DNA of 64,000 bases from an uncultured Candidatus Saccharibacteria bacterium (GTDB lineage: Bacteria; Patescibacteriota; Minisyncoccia; Phycocordibacterales; UBA918), in contig CAZQIF010000002.1 in the NCBI GenBank assembly GCA_964593375.1, positions 7,197 to 71,196 on the forward strand, written 5' to 3'. This document shows, one piece after another, positions 46,960 to 56,489 of this stretch. The notes under the pieces are model-generated. The model did not search any database, was not told the origin of the DNA, and worked only from the letters and a program-made list of their open reading frames with translations. How positions within the stretch are numbered: the stretch's first letter is position 1; each line of letters starts with the position of its first letter. The translations under genes were made by a program, and so were the position numbers.

Positions 46960-47970
46960 TCATGCTCTAAATTGCGTAACTAATTCTGTAACTAATTTTT
47001 TAAGCGAGTGTTGTTCCTCCACCATACGCTCAAGTTGCTTCCTGTATTCGTCTTTTTTTTCTGCGGGCATTTCACAGAGCGCCCGAATCTGTTTTGCAAT
47101 TCCTTCCTCAGTAACATCTCTGAGGAGACATTCTGTAGGAATACATGCCTCAAATGATTTGTTTGCAACAAGCACGAGTGCCCCGCACGATGCAGCCTCA
47201 AGAACAGTTTTATCCATACTCCCTTCTGGTGTTAGATTAACATACACATCAAACGCACTGTAGATGCTTGGTGTTTCGTAATTTGGTACGGCTCTGTGAA
47301 AATGCACATTCGCCTCTGAAAGTGCCTCAAGCTTTTTTTGATACCCTCCTGCGTCATCAGACTCATCACCGTACACATGCATTTCATAGTTGGGTAAAAA
47401 CTGACTCGCGCTCACAAATAGTTCTGGACGCTTCACGGTTGAAATTCTTCCGAGGAATAACACTGAACGTTCTTTTCTCTCTACCCCAACTTGAGGTTGA
47501 AACATCAGAGTATTGATACCAACCGGCATTTGCATCGCGTGCGAGAACACACGAGTGCATGCAAACGGTGATGTATAAAAAACACGCTCCGCAAAAAATG
47601 CCGCGATGCGTGTCATGAAGTTCATTTTCGCGTGGTTTCTCCAAAAGTACATGCGCTTCCCCTTGAGGAACCAGAACCAACCCGCAAGCACGATGTAGTG
47701 CGGGTTCATATGTGAAAACACCACGTCGTGACTATTACGCAATTTCCACACGTACGAAAACAATCGCCACAGATACCGAGCGTAGTTAACACCCTTTTCT
47801 TTCCCGAGCGAGTGCACACTCACATTTTCTGGGAGTTCATGTATCCCCTGTCGTAAGCAGATGACATGAATGTGTTCAAAATGCTTTGAGAGTTCAAGAA
47901 GCCACCCATGGAAGAACCCGAGTATGGGATCATCTCTGTCGACGGTTTGGGTAGTAATGAGTAATCTCAT
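46960..47970 (-). CDS. Glycosyltransferase family 4
   Basis: DDPILGFFHGW, FLGRISTVK, GSMDKTVLEAASCG. Confidence 0.88.
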   Translation of the reverse strand: MRLLITTQTVDRDDPILGFFHGWLLELSKHFEHIHVICLRQGIHELPENVSVHSLGKEKGVNYARYLWRLFSYVWKLRNSHDVVFSHMNPHYIVLAGWFWFLKGKRMYFWRNHAKMNFMTRIAAFFAERVFYTSPFACTRVFSHAMQMPVGINTLMFQPQVGVERKERSVLFLGRISTVKRPELFVSASQFLPNYEMHVYGDESDDAGGYQKKLEALSEANVHFHRAVPNYETPSIYSAFDVYVNLTPEGSMDKTVLEAASCGALVLVANKSFEACIPTECLLRDVTEEGIAKQIRALCEMPAEKKDEYRKQLERMVEEQHSLKKLVTELVTQFRA

Positions 47971-48022
47971 GAAAGGGTTATAGCATAATCACTTCGTAGG
48001 TCTCAGTGATTATATACCCTAT

Positions 48023-49411
48023 TTAGGCACTAAAAGTAACGCCGCGCAGAATGCTCTCTCCGTACGCACGGAGGTATGCCCCGAAATCCTGCTTAACACG
48101 TTCAAAAACAATTTGCTCTGCACTCGAACTAAACTCCGCACGTAGTAGGTTTTGATTCAGAAAGACATTAACTTTTTCGCTGAGACAAAGTGGATTGTTG
48201 TGGGAACAAATAAATGCTGAAATCCCGTCAAGAAAAAGTTCGCCGGCAATACTTTCCTGACTTGCAATCATTGGTAACTTTGCTGCAGCAGCCTGTAAAA
48301 TGAATTCATCTTCTTGGATGTCTTCGGAAAGATGGATGAGCACATTTGCCGACTTCATGTGGGACACCACTTCGTTCGGCATTGGTTCAAATAGAATCTG
48401 ATTTTGAAGCCCCATCCCGAGAACCTGCTTTTCATACGCGTCGCGGAGTGGCCCGCTCCCAACCACAATGAGACCAATTGATGGATACTGCCTCAGTATA
48501 TTTTGAAGACCACCGAGGACTTCACTCGTATGTGAACGATTCGTCATATGTGAGACATGGAGCATGATGAAATTGAACTGTGGGTATCTCGTATGGAGGT
48601 TCAGGGTCGGCACGAAATCACGCCACGCACTCAGATTGTGGTACATCGGCAAAACTTCGGTGTATGGTTCGAGATCGGGGTACTTTGCAATTACCCTATC
48701 ACGGAGTGATTCTGTTTTGGTGCGCACACAATCAACTCGAGCAAGGCTTAGTCCTGCCATAAGAAGGCGATATACATTGTTATGATCTACTTGTTTAAAC
48801 GCTGGATCATATAAATCTTCATGTAAGTGAATCTGAAACGGTCGTTTATACTTTTCTGCGAGGTAGTACGCAGCAACCCCAGATTCAAATGGGTCCTCTG
48901 CCACAATGAGGTCTGCACGAAATCCTTGTGCAAATGCGAGCTGTTCCTTTCCTATACGATACGCATCAAATCCAGTCTTCCACCAATAGTTTGAGTGGGT
49001 CGGATACATCCACACATTATTTCCAAGTCGCATCGTAACCCGGGTGCCCTCTCCTCGCAAGGAGAGAATAATGACGTGTATTTCTGCAAACATCGAGGAA
49101 AGTTCGTAGAGCCGACGTTGTGAAAGGCTATTTGCGTCAAGCATGGTTACATCGCGTGAAAGTATGAGGAGTCTGAGTTGTTCACGCTCCGAGGTGTAGC
49201 GAAGGACGGGCTCACTCATTAGTGCTTTTCGCACATCAACACGACTCTCTCCTATTTGACTACGATTCTCGTCTTCTGTACGTACATCCTGTAGCAAATC
49301 CCCGTGATCAAGTTTTTCTTTCGATTTAAGCACAGCATCAAGGGCATCGGCAGCGTGCACTGCAGGATCAAGTGATGGGAGATCACCATACATGTTAGGA
49401 CCTTTTGCCAT
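48023..49411 (-). CDS. GT4-like protein with degenerate catalytic motif and N-terminal extension
   Basis: AEDPFESG, VVGSGPLR; EX7E motif replaced by EDIQEDEFILQAAA; start ATG 49411 (TATAAT 6 nt upstream). Confidence 0.7.
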   Translation of the reverse strand: MAKGPNMYGDLPSLDPAVHAADALDAVLKSKEKLDHGDLLQDVRTEDENRSQIGESRVDVRKALMSEPVLRYTSEREQLRLLILSRDVTMLDANSLSQRRLYELSSMFAEIHVIILSLRGEGTRVTMRLGNNVWMYPTHSNYWWKTGFDAYRIGKEQLAFAQGFRADLIVAEDPFESGVAAYYLAEKYKRPFQIHLHEDLYDPAFKQVDHNNVYRLLMAGLSLARVDCVRTKTESLRDRVIAKYPDLEPYTEVLPMYHNLSAWRDFVPTLNLHTRYPQFNFIMLHVSHMTNRSHTSEVLGGLQNILRQYPSIGLIVVGSGPLRDAYEKQVLGMGLQNQILFEPMPNEVVSHMKSANVLIHLSEDIQEDEFILQAAAAKLPMIASQESIAGELFLDGISAFICSHNNPLCLSEKVNVFLNQNLLRAEFSSSAEQIVFERVKQDFGAYLRAYGESILRGVTFSA

Positions 49412-49418
49412 ATGAATA

Positions 49419-50546
49419 TTATACCGCCTCTTCACCCAAAGAAAGAGAAGCTACCCACGTTTGTGCATAGCTATCTCCAGTGACCTCTCCTAGTTTTTGT
49501 GCAGTTGCTCTACCTGCCCTGCTACATGATTCACGAAAAGTGCGCTCAGTAATCATGCGTTCCATCCCGCGTACAAATGCATCTTCACCCTGAACGGGCA
49601 CCACAATGCCGTGCATGCCGTCTTTTACAACTTCTCCAACACACCCCACGTCGGTCGTAATGAGCGGGAGTCCCACTGCCATTGCTTCAACAAGAGTAAG
49701 ACCGTACGCTTCGTGATCTGACGCAGAGAGAAAAACATCTGCATTCTGCATTTCAGTTTCAACCGATTCAGTCCACGGGATGATAATAACTTTTGACGTT
49801 ATTCCGAGTTCAGTGATGAGGGAACGAATTTTTTGTTCTTCACTCCCCTTACCCACAATGCGTAACTGAACATTCGGATATAATGCAGAAATTTTTGCAA
49901 ACGCACGGAGCATGAGCGGAATATTTTTTTCTGGCGCAAACCGACTTGCAATCAAAAATACAAACGGGTCGTGGTCGTGAACGGTATGCGGTGCATGGAG
50001 AAATGTCTCGAGCTCAGGACGAATCGGTAGAACGGTGATGCGCGCTTCATCAATACCCCAGAGAATGTGCGAACGCTTGATGCGTTCTGAGACAACACGG
50101 ATTCCTTGTGCACGCCCAAGGATGAAGCGCGCGTACCAAAGACGAAACCGTCGTAGGAGTGATGTTCCCTTCCAGTACGGCGAACCAAAATAATCACCGT
50201 GTATCTGGATATGCAGTCGTGTGTTTTTATACAATGAAAGAAGATATGAGACAAATCCCATTTCAAACGGATCTTGTGACGAAACAACTATTGGTGTGTT
50301 TTGCTTTTTAATAATGTTCCGAGCGATGAGAAATGCATCAAAAAGCATGCCCACTCTTGTTTTTGAATTAGTTGGATACAAGTGCAAATTGCCTTCGTGC
50401 TTTTCTTCATTGAATCCATGTTCCTTTCGCGTAAGTACCACGATGTGGAATTGATCAAGATAGGTTGCATACCCATGCATGCGCTCACGCTCACGACTTT
50501 TCGCTTCTAAAATATTTCTTCCAATACTGAGGGTGAGTACATTCAT
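49419..50546 (-). CDS. Glycosyltransferase family 4
   Basis: QDPFEMG, SRFAPEKN, EAYGLTLVEAMAVGLP, TDVG. Confidence 0.9.
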   Translation of the reverse strand: MNVLTLSIGRNILEAKSRERERMHGYATYLDQFHIVVLTRKEHGFNEEKHEGNLHLYPTNSKTRVGMLFDAFLIARNIIKKQNTPIVVSSQDPFEMGFVSYLLSLYKNTRLHIQIHGDYFGSPYWKGTSLLRRFRLWYARFILGRAQGIRVVSERIKRSHILWGIDEARITVLPIRPELETFLHAPHTVHDHDPFVFLIASRFAPEKNIPLMLRAFAKISALYPNVQLRIVGKGSEEQKIRSLITELGITSKVIIIPWTESVETEMQNADVFLSASDHEAYGLTLVEAMAVGLPLITTDVGCVGEVVKDGMHGIVVPVQGEDAFVRGMERMITERTFRESCSRAGRATAQKLGEVTGDSYAQTWVASLSLGEEAV

Positions 50547-51688
50547 ATTCGTGATAGTAATTGCACAAATTCCCGACTCACAATATCTTCATGGAACATT
50601 GCCACCTTGTTAAGCGCATTGTTTGTGAGTAGGTTGCAGAGCGATGCATCATCATGGAGTGTCATGATTGCCTCCATAATTTTTTCCGTATCGTTAAATG
50701 GAACGAGGAGCCCCTGCTCTCTGTGGGCAATGAGTTCTGGGTTACCACCAACGGGCGTTGTAACAATCGGCGTTCCTAAACTCATCACTTCAATCAGCTG
50801 GTGAGAGAGGCCTTCGTATGAGGTGTTGAGCACAAAGACGTCAGCCGCGCGAATATGCTTTCCAAGCTCTGCCCGTTCTACAACACCTCTAAAGTGCACA
50901 AAACTGGAAGCTTCTTTTGATGCAACATATGCGGTAAGAGAATCAAGAAGTGCCCCTTCCCCAAAAATCTGGAGCGTCACCAGAAGTCCTTTGGCCCGTA
51001 AGTTCACTACTACATCAATGAGTGCTTGTATCCCTTTCCATGGCACAAGTCGCGCAATGGTGACGACCACAAACTCTTCATACCCGAGCTCGGTGCGGAG
51101 TGTCTCTCTTGACCCGGGAACATCAATAACTTTAAGAGCACTATAAATGCGTGAAATTTTACGCTCATCAATTCCCCACTGCATCACAACCTTCCGCATG
51201 TATTCGCTCGGCACAATAATTTTTGCTGCACGCTTCGCCACGCGATATTGAATCCACGCAAGTACTTTCACTTTCCATGAGCGCTTTTTTGATACCAAAT
51301 ATTCGTCGAGTGTCAGAGTAACCCCAAATCGCTGTTGACCTTGTTCCCATGCGTAGTCACCCGGTACGCGAAGGAGGAGTGGTTTTCTGAGAATTAAACT
51401 TGCTATAAGTGCCGGAAGTCCAACACTCACCGTATCGAGCGCATAGAGTACATCGTGAGTTCGCCCCATACGTATGAGCGCGAGCGTGTACATACAATGT
51501 CGCAAAATTTTCGGATACTTTGCTACGATGCGATACGGCACCACACTAAAACCAACACCATGGAGTGGTAGGTGTTTTTCAAGAAAAGCCGTATACGTGG
51601 CCGGCCCACCCATTTGGGGCGGATACAGCCCGGTGGCAATGAGGAGCCTATTTTCATCAACTTTTTGTGTGCGGTCATATCTTCGCAT
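50543..51688 (-). CDS. Glycosyltransferase family 4
   Basis: YPPQMGGPATY, ARLVPWKG, YEGLSHQLIEVMSLG, GGNPE. Confidence 0.9.
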   Translation of the reverse strand: MRRYDRTQKVDENRLLIATGLYPPQMGGPATYTAFLEKHLPLHGVGFSVVPYRIVAKYPKILRHCMYTLALIRMGRTHDVLYALDTVSVGLPALIASLILRKPLLLRVPGDYAWEQGQQRFGVTLTLDEYLVSKKRSWKVKVLAWIQYRVAKRAAKIIVPSEYMRKVVMQWGIDERKISRIYSALKVIDVPGSRETLRTELGYEEFVVVTIARLVPWKGIQALIDVVVNLRAKGLLVTLQIFGEGALLDSLTAYVASKEASSFVHFRGVVERAELGKHIRAADVFVLNTSYEGLSHQLIEVMSLGTPIVTTPVGGNPELIAHREQGLLVPFNDTEKIMEAIMTLHDDASLCNLLTNNALNKVAMFHEDIVSREFVQLLSRI

Positions 51689-51766
51689 GCCCCTACTCTA
51701 ACAAATTAAACAGCCTTCTGGATGCACACACCTGTACATGAGCCAAACCTGCGCTATAGTTGTGGT

Positions 51767-52798
51767 ATGGACCAAAAACACGGATATTTCGTCATATCGC
51801 TCGATTTTGAGCTCTTCTGGGGCATGTTTGATAAGTATTCGCTCCCCGAATACGGCCCACGAGTGCAGGGCGAACAAACCGCCATTCCCCGTATGCTTGA
51901 GCTTTTTAAGAAGTACGACATCCATGCGACGTGGGCGACCGTCGGTATGCTCATGGCACGTAACAAAGAAGAACTTCTTTCGCTTCTCCCTCCCTCAGAA
52001 CTTCGGCCATCGTATGAGGACATGCGCGTGTCGGCGTATGAGTACATCAAAACAGCAAACCTGCCTGCGTCCGCAGGACAGGCAGGCCTCGGAGAGGATG
52101 AAAAATCTGACCCCTACCATTTCGGGTCATCACTTGTACAAAAAATCAAAGCAACTCCCCATCAAGAAATTGCAAACCACACCTTTTCACACTACTACTG
52201 TATCGACGGTCATGAGAACCGAGCAGAAATTTTTGGAGCGGACCTCGATGCGCATCGCAAGGTTGGAGATACGTATGGCATCACCACCGAGTCAATGGTA
52301 TTTCCAAGAAATCAGATGAACGATGACGCACTTCGAGTGTGTGCACAAAAAGGAATTCGTGCGTACCGCGGAAATGAAGATCACGTGCTCTACCGCCCAC
52401 GAAAAGATTCTGAACAATCGTATTTCATTCGTGCATTTCGATTACTTGACCACTACATAAATATAAGTGGACACCATACGTATCCGCTGACAAACGTCGG
52501 ACCTGAAGGCCTCATCAATATTCACGCGAGCCGTTTTTTGCGACCGTGGAATTCCCTACTTAAACACCTCGAGTCACTCCGTATGCGACGTATAAAAAAC
52601 AGCATGACACATGCTGCAAAAAAGGGCGAAGTATTTCATCTCTGGTGGCACCCGCATAACTTTGGTCTGAACCAAGAAGAAAATTTTAGAAACCTTGAAG
52701 GAATTCTCACGCACTACGCATATCTAAAATCAGTATACGGCTTTGAAAGCGCCTCAATGCGCGATATTTCTAAATTCGTTTTCGAACAAGCTGTTTAA
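51767..52798 (+). CDS. Polysaccharide deacetylase family protein
   Basis: FVISLDFELFWG, IHATWATVG, QEIANHTFSHYY, VFPRNQ, FHLWWHPHNFG. Confidence 0.85.
   Translation: MDQKHGYFVISLDFELFWGMFDKYSLPEYGPRVQGEQTAIPRMLELFKKYDIHATWATVGMLMARNKEELLSLLPPSELRPSYEDMRVSAYEYIKTANLPASAGQAGLGEDEKSDPYHFGSSLVQKIKATPHQEIANHTFSHYYCIDGHENRAEIFGADLDAHRKVGDTYGITTESMVFPRNQMNDDALRVCAQKGIRAYRGNEDHVLYRPRKDSEQSYFIRAFRLLDHYINISGHHTYPLTNVGPEGLINIHASRFLRPWNSLLKHLESLRMRRIKNSMTHAAKKGEVFHLWWHPHNFGLNQEENFRNLEGILTHYAYLKSVYGFESASMRDISKFVFEQAV
52060..52086. repeat. 27-nt palindromic cctgcctg..caggcagg repeat lying in-frame in a CDS
   Basis: cctgcctgcgtccgcaggacaggcagg, encoding LPASAGQAG. Confidence 0.7.
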
Positions 52799-53570
52799 GA
52801 CTCTTTGGAAGCGAAATACCAAACATCCGCAGTGTTCGATTTACCCACTTCCCCACAAATACAATTGACACTGATATGCGACTATCGAACCAGTGTTTTT
52901 TGATAGTCTCATGGATATTGGGAAGCGTACCAAAAAAACGTGCGTGCTCAGATGAAATTACGTACGCACCCGTTTTAAGTTTTTGGGTAATTGCCGACTC
53001 GGTGAACGTATCAACTGAAAGTGTGACAATCGGCGCACCAAAGTGTTCCTTCCGGTGAAAATCAACACCACCGGTTGCGAGAAGTGTTGGCTTTTTTGCT
53101 CGAAGCTTTTCGAGCAATCTGAGTGAGCGCGTACGAGGTACGCGCTTTCCGTCATACTGTTGGTTCCACACCTCAAGTGCATCGATTTGTTCCAGTAAGC
53201 CGTCTTCAACTGAAAATGCGTTTCGGACCGGATGCGCCAATACCACAAACGATGCTTTGCGCGTAGAGAGATGGAGTGCCGGAAGTTCAGGTGCGTAGCT
53301 TCCAAAAAACTCGCGCATTCCCACGAGCAAAATATGTGTTCGCCGATACGGAATTTCAAACCCCGGAATAAACATGAATGTATCGTCCGATAACCTTTCA
53401 CACTCCTCAACAAATATTCGTGCACGCTCCTTTGTGAGCTCATCGGTATGTTCGGTCATGCAAGCAACACTCACCCCGTTTTGTTGAAGGAGCGACTTTA
53501 ACTCAGGAAGCGATAACTTCGCATCATACGAATAAGTCGAATGTGTATGCAGTATTGCTTTTACCTCCAT
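52770..53570 (-). CDS. PHP-domain metallophosphoesterase
   Basis: LHTHSTYSYD, MTEH, PGFE, LAHP, LEVWN, GGVDFH. Confidence 0.85.
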   Translation of the reverse strand: MEVKAILHTHSTYSYDAKLSLPELKSLLQQNGVSVACMTEHTDELTKERARIFVEECERLSDDTFMFIPGFEIPYRRTHILLVGMREFFGSYAPELPALHLSTRKASFVVLAHPVRNAFSVEDGLLEQIDALEVWNQQYDGKRVPRTRSLRLLEKLRAKKPTLLATGGVDFHRKEHFGAPIVTLSVDTFTESAITQKLKTGAYVISSEHARFFGTLPNIHETIKKHWFDSRISVSIVFVGKWVNRTLRMFGISLPKSLKQLVRKRI

Positions 53571-53640
53571 ATTATTGAATATATACGATACACTATTTTC
53601 TACCCTACTCATAATAAATCAAGCTACTTTGATTATTCAA

Positions 53641-53790
53641 CTACTACCGGCTAGAAGCCGGTAGAATGGACTCGAGTTGAAACCCGAAATAAACGAACGA
53701 CGAAACGTACATGTGCGACATATACTCTTTGTACAAGCAGGTTAACAGGGTTCCTTTTGGATCTTGAAAGGATCGCCTGAAGGCGAGGGA
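53641..53790. mobile_element. Non-coding IS200/IS605-like end remnant (MITE-like)
   Basis: Hairpins ctaccggct-aga-agccggtag (53644-53664) and tcgcct-ga-aggcga (53773-53786) resemble IS200-family subterminal palindromes; no tnpA between them. Confidence 0.45.
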
Positions 53791-53812
53791 TTAGAACCCA
53801 AAGATTGATATT

Positions 53813-53860
53813 CATAATTACCTTTATCTCATGCTATAGCATGAGATAAAGGTAATTATG
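53813..53860. repeat. Perfect 48-bp palindrome overlapping the stop codon of the PaaX/Cas2-like gene
   Basis: cataattacctttatctcatgcta|tagcatgagataaaggtaattatg. Confidence 0.92.
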
Positions 53861-54437
53861 TTAATTCAAATTTTTTCTTTAATTCAACATCTTTCCCTGT
53901 TGTGGACACCGTCATGTATAACACTTCTTTATCAAGAAAATTTGCCGTTTTAATAAGATCAATTACTTCCTCTACATCATATGGATATACCCAAACGCTA
54001 TCTTGCAGTCGCACGAAACCGACCTGTTGGAGAAGGAGACGAAGTTGTTCCCTACTTCTTTTTCGCTCCTCACCGACATCAAACGAAACAATTCTCCATT
54101 TTTTATCCCACTTCTCTGTAGGGGGTGGATAGGTTCCATATTCAATCAAATGGAGCCTTCGTGCACCTTCTTTTGATAACCTGAATTGCCCATTTTTTGC
54201 TTTTTTAATGAGTCCTTTTCGCTCAAGACGAGTGATGGCCTCAGTAACAACATACTTCGGATTTTTCTTGCGTCTTCGTTCTTTATCAAAATACGCAATC
54301 ATTTGTAATGCATTCGGTGCAAGAACTGCAACGGTAACGACACCGAGAACTCCCAGAACTGCGAGTGACTTTAAAATGACGCCCTCAATATTTACTCTAC
54401 TGCCTGATCGAAACTTTTCAATTTCAAATTGTTTCAT
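53856..54437 (-). CDS. PaaX-like protein (winged HTH plus Cas2-like ferredoxin-fold domain)
   Basis: Hydrophobic N-terminal helix ..VLAPNAL; wHTH AITRLERKGLI..FRLSKEG; WDKKWRIVSFDV..REQLRLLL..GFVRLQDSVWVYP. Confidence 0.82.
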   Translation of the reverse strand: MKQFEIEKFRSGSRVNIEGVILKSLAVLGVLGVVTVAVLAPNALQMIAYFDKERRRKKNPKYVVTEAITRLERKGLIKKAKNGQFRLSKEGARRLHLIEYGTYPPPTEKWDKKWRIVSFDVGEERKRSREQLRLLLQQVGFVRLQDSVWVYPYDVEEVIDLIKTANFLDKEVLYMTVSTTGKDVELKKKFELT

Positions 54438-54449
54438 AGATTATTGAGT

Positions 54450-54487
54450 TTACCTTTATACTCTGCTATAGCAGAGTATAAAGGTAA
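54450..54487. repeat. Perfect 38-bp palindrome 12 bp upstream of the PaaX/Cas2-like gene
   Basis: ttacctttatactctgcta|tagcagagtataaaggtaa. Confidence 0.92.
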
Positions 54488-54558
54488 TATTCTATTAGAC
54501 AAGTCAATTGGACAGAAACGTGTGTGTAATTGATTGCGTTTCCACACGAAAACACAAT

Positions 54559-55758
54559 TTAAAATCGTTTTTTTAGAGCATCAATGACTTCAAAAAATGC
54601 GGGCTTTGGATCGCTCCACGACCATACGTCACTCTGTGTACCCTTTGGGAGAAAAAGGAAATCTCGGAGTGCTTTGGTACGTTTTGGATAGAGTACTCCA
54701 CGCATCCTATCACGCTCAAAAAATACACGGAGGAGATGCATGCAGTCCCCAAGAAAATGTCGCGTGGTAACTCCTTCCCGCGCGGTTACTACCATACTCG
54801 GAAGACTCTCTCCAGTCACGAGTTGATAATAGAGATATGGCATATCAACTCCCGCAGCAACTGAGAGCGGGAGCGAACCCCAGAAACGTCCATTAATCTC
54901 CATGAGCTTCGGTTCACGCGTGTCACTGTCGACTTTAAACTCAACCATGACGGGTCCTGTCCAACCGAGTTTCTGAATCAGTTTTGTCGCGTATGCTTCA
55001 AGGGTATTTTTGAGTTCTCCCCCTCCGACCGTTTCTTTAAGCACTGATGCGCCACCGCTCGGCGAAAGTGAGCGGAGACGATGATGAGTAACAATCGCAA
55101 TCGCCTTCCCTTTCTTTGCAATCATTTCAACACCGTACTCCTCTCCCACAAGCAAATCCTGTATAAGTGGCGACTCTCCAAGCGTTTCTTTAAGTGTCAA
55201 AAATTTCTGCACCAGTTCTTCTCCTCCGTGTACAAATGAGGCACTCCCAAATACACCCACGCCATCTTTCCACGTCACACTGCGACGAGTCTTCACCACA
55301 GCAGGATACGTGAGTGACTTCGCGAGATGTTCAACCTCCTCTTTAAGTTCGGGTGTGTACGTCGTAATGGTTGGCACTCCCGACACGCGCGCGAGTGAAT
55401 TCGTGCCCGCTTTATCAAATGCAATTTCAACAGACTTGGAGTCCGGAAACATGAGCGTCATATCTTCACTCAGCATTTCGCGCTTTGCGTAGAGCGCAAG
55501 GTATGTTGCATCGCTAAACGCATACACAACGGGCTTCCCGCCCTGTCGTATCGCCTCCGCGCGTATGGCACGCACAAATCCTTCCACATCAGTGTATGGA
55601 GAGGGATAGGTGAACCGTGCACCAGCATACTTTGAGTGAAGCGCCATACCACTTTTTCGCTCTGCACCAACCGATACAAAAATTTCTCGTTTCCCCAAAG
55701 AGCGCACCGCAGAAAGCGCGCTTTTAAGCTGTCCGTCAAGAATGATGGCTGGTCGCAT
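54559..55758 (-). CDS. ATP-grasp (carboxylate-amine ligase) protein
   Basis: LSAVRSLG, AFDKA, YPAVVK, LIQDLLVG, GPVMVEFK, LMEINGRFWGSL..AGVDMP. Confidence 0.88.
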   Translation of the reverse strand: MRPAIILDGQLKSALSAVRSLGKREIFVSVGAERKSGMALHSKYAGARFTYPSPYTDVEGFVRAIRAEAIRQGGKPVVYAFSDATYLALYAKREMLSEDMTLMFPDSKSVEIAFDKAGTNSLARVSGVPTITTYTPELKEEVEHLAKSLTYPAVVKTRRSVTWKDGVGVFGSASFVHGGEELVQKFLTLKETLGESPLIQDLLVGEEYGVEMIAKKGKAIAIVTHHRLRSLSPSGGASVLKETVGGGELKNTLEAYATKLIQKLGWTGPVMVEFKVDSDTREPKLMEINGRFWGSLPLSVAAGVDMPYLYYQLVTGESLPSMVVTAREGVTTRHFLGDCMHLLRVFFERDRMRGVLYPKRTKALRDFLFLPKGTQSDVWSWSDPKPAFFEVIDALKKRF

Positions 55759-55886
55759 GTGTCCCATACTAATACGCAAAAAATCCCCTGTCTATTCTTA
55801 CTGCTCGTATAGTAGAACAAACATTCCTATTACACAGTTTCAGTACTTATTCGCCATTTTTAAGCCTGATATAGTACACTATCTCT

Positions 55887-56489
55887 ATGCGCATTCTTCT
55901 TGTAACCCCACTCTATCCACCCGATATTGCTCCGCCTGCTCCGTATGTTAAGGAGCTTGCATCTCGTATCAAGGAAAACCACGAAGTAACGGTGCTCAGT
56001 TACAACTACATTCCCGAAGAAATGGATGGGGTCTTTTGCAGAACAATTCAAAAACATCTTCCCCTTTCTATTCGACTCATGCGGTTCGCGTGGACCTTAT
56101 GGAAAGATTCCCGCAGTGCTGACATCGTCTACGTCCAAAATGGCCCCTCGACAGAGCTCCCGTCATTGCTTGTTGCACTCTTCGCACGCAGACCATACAT
56201 ACTCCACCTTGGGGATGAGACCGCACTCAGGCAAGCATCAGAACATTTTCTATTTCGTATGTTACTCAAAAGTGCAATACATCATGCAGAGAGCGTGGTT
56301 ATTCACTCGAAAACAAGTGCGTATACCGCACCTTTTCAAAGTCATCTACGAAAGTTCATTGACCTTGATCGACCCCTCGCGCGCCCAGAAATACTCCCGT
56401 TCGCCCCTCACCCCACGGAAGCATTTATTGCCTATGAGTCATCGTGGCAACTGCATATACAAAGTTTGATTTCTTTCTTTGCTTCATGA
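55887..56489 (+). CDS. Stand-alone GT4 N-terminal-like domain
   Basis: MRILLVTPLYPPDIAPPAPYVKELA resembles the N-terminus of 50543..51688; no C-terminal nucleotide-binding domain. Confidence 0.65.
   Translation: MRILLVTPLYPPDIAPPAPYVKELASRIKENHEVTVLSYNYIPEEMDGVFCRTIQKHLPLSIRLMRFAWTLWKDSRSADIVYVQNGPSTELPSLLVALFARRPYILHLGDETALRQASEHFLFRMLLKSAIHHAESVVIHSKTSAYTAPFQSHLRKFIDLDRPLARPEILPFAPHPTEAFIAYESSWQLHIQSLISFFAS

Noticed and set aside
52770-52798. 29-bp convergent overlap of the deacetylase and PHP genes as antisense regulation
   Set aside because: Short 3' overlaps are common in compact genomes; no further evidence
53813-54487. CRISPR-Cas locus suggested by the Cas2-like domain and repeats
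   Set aside because: Only two palindromes about 590 bp apart, no repeat-spacer periodicity, and no cas1 or effector genes
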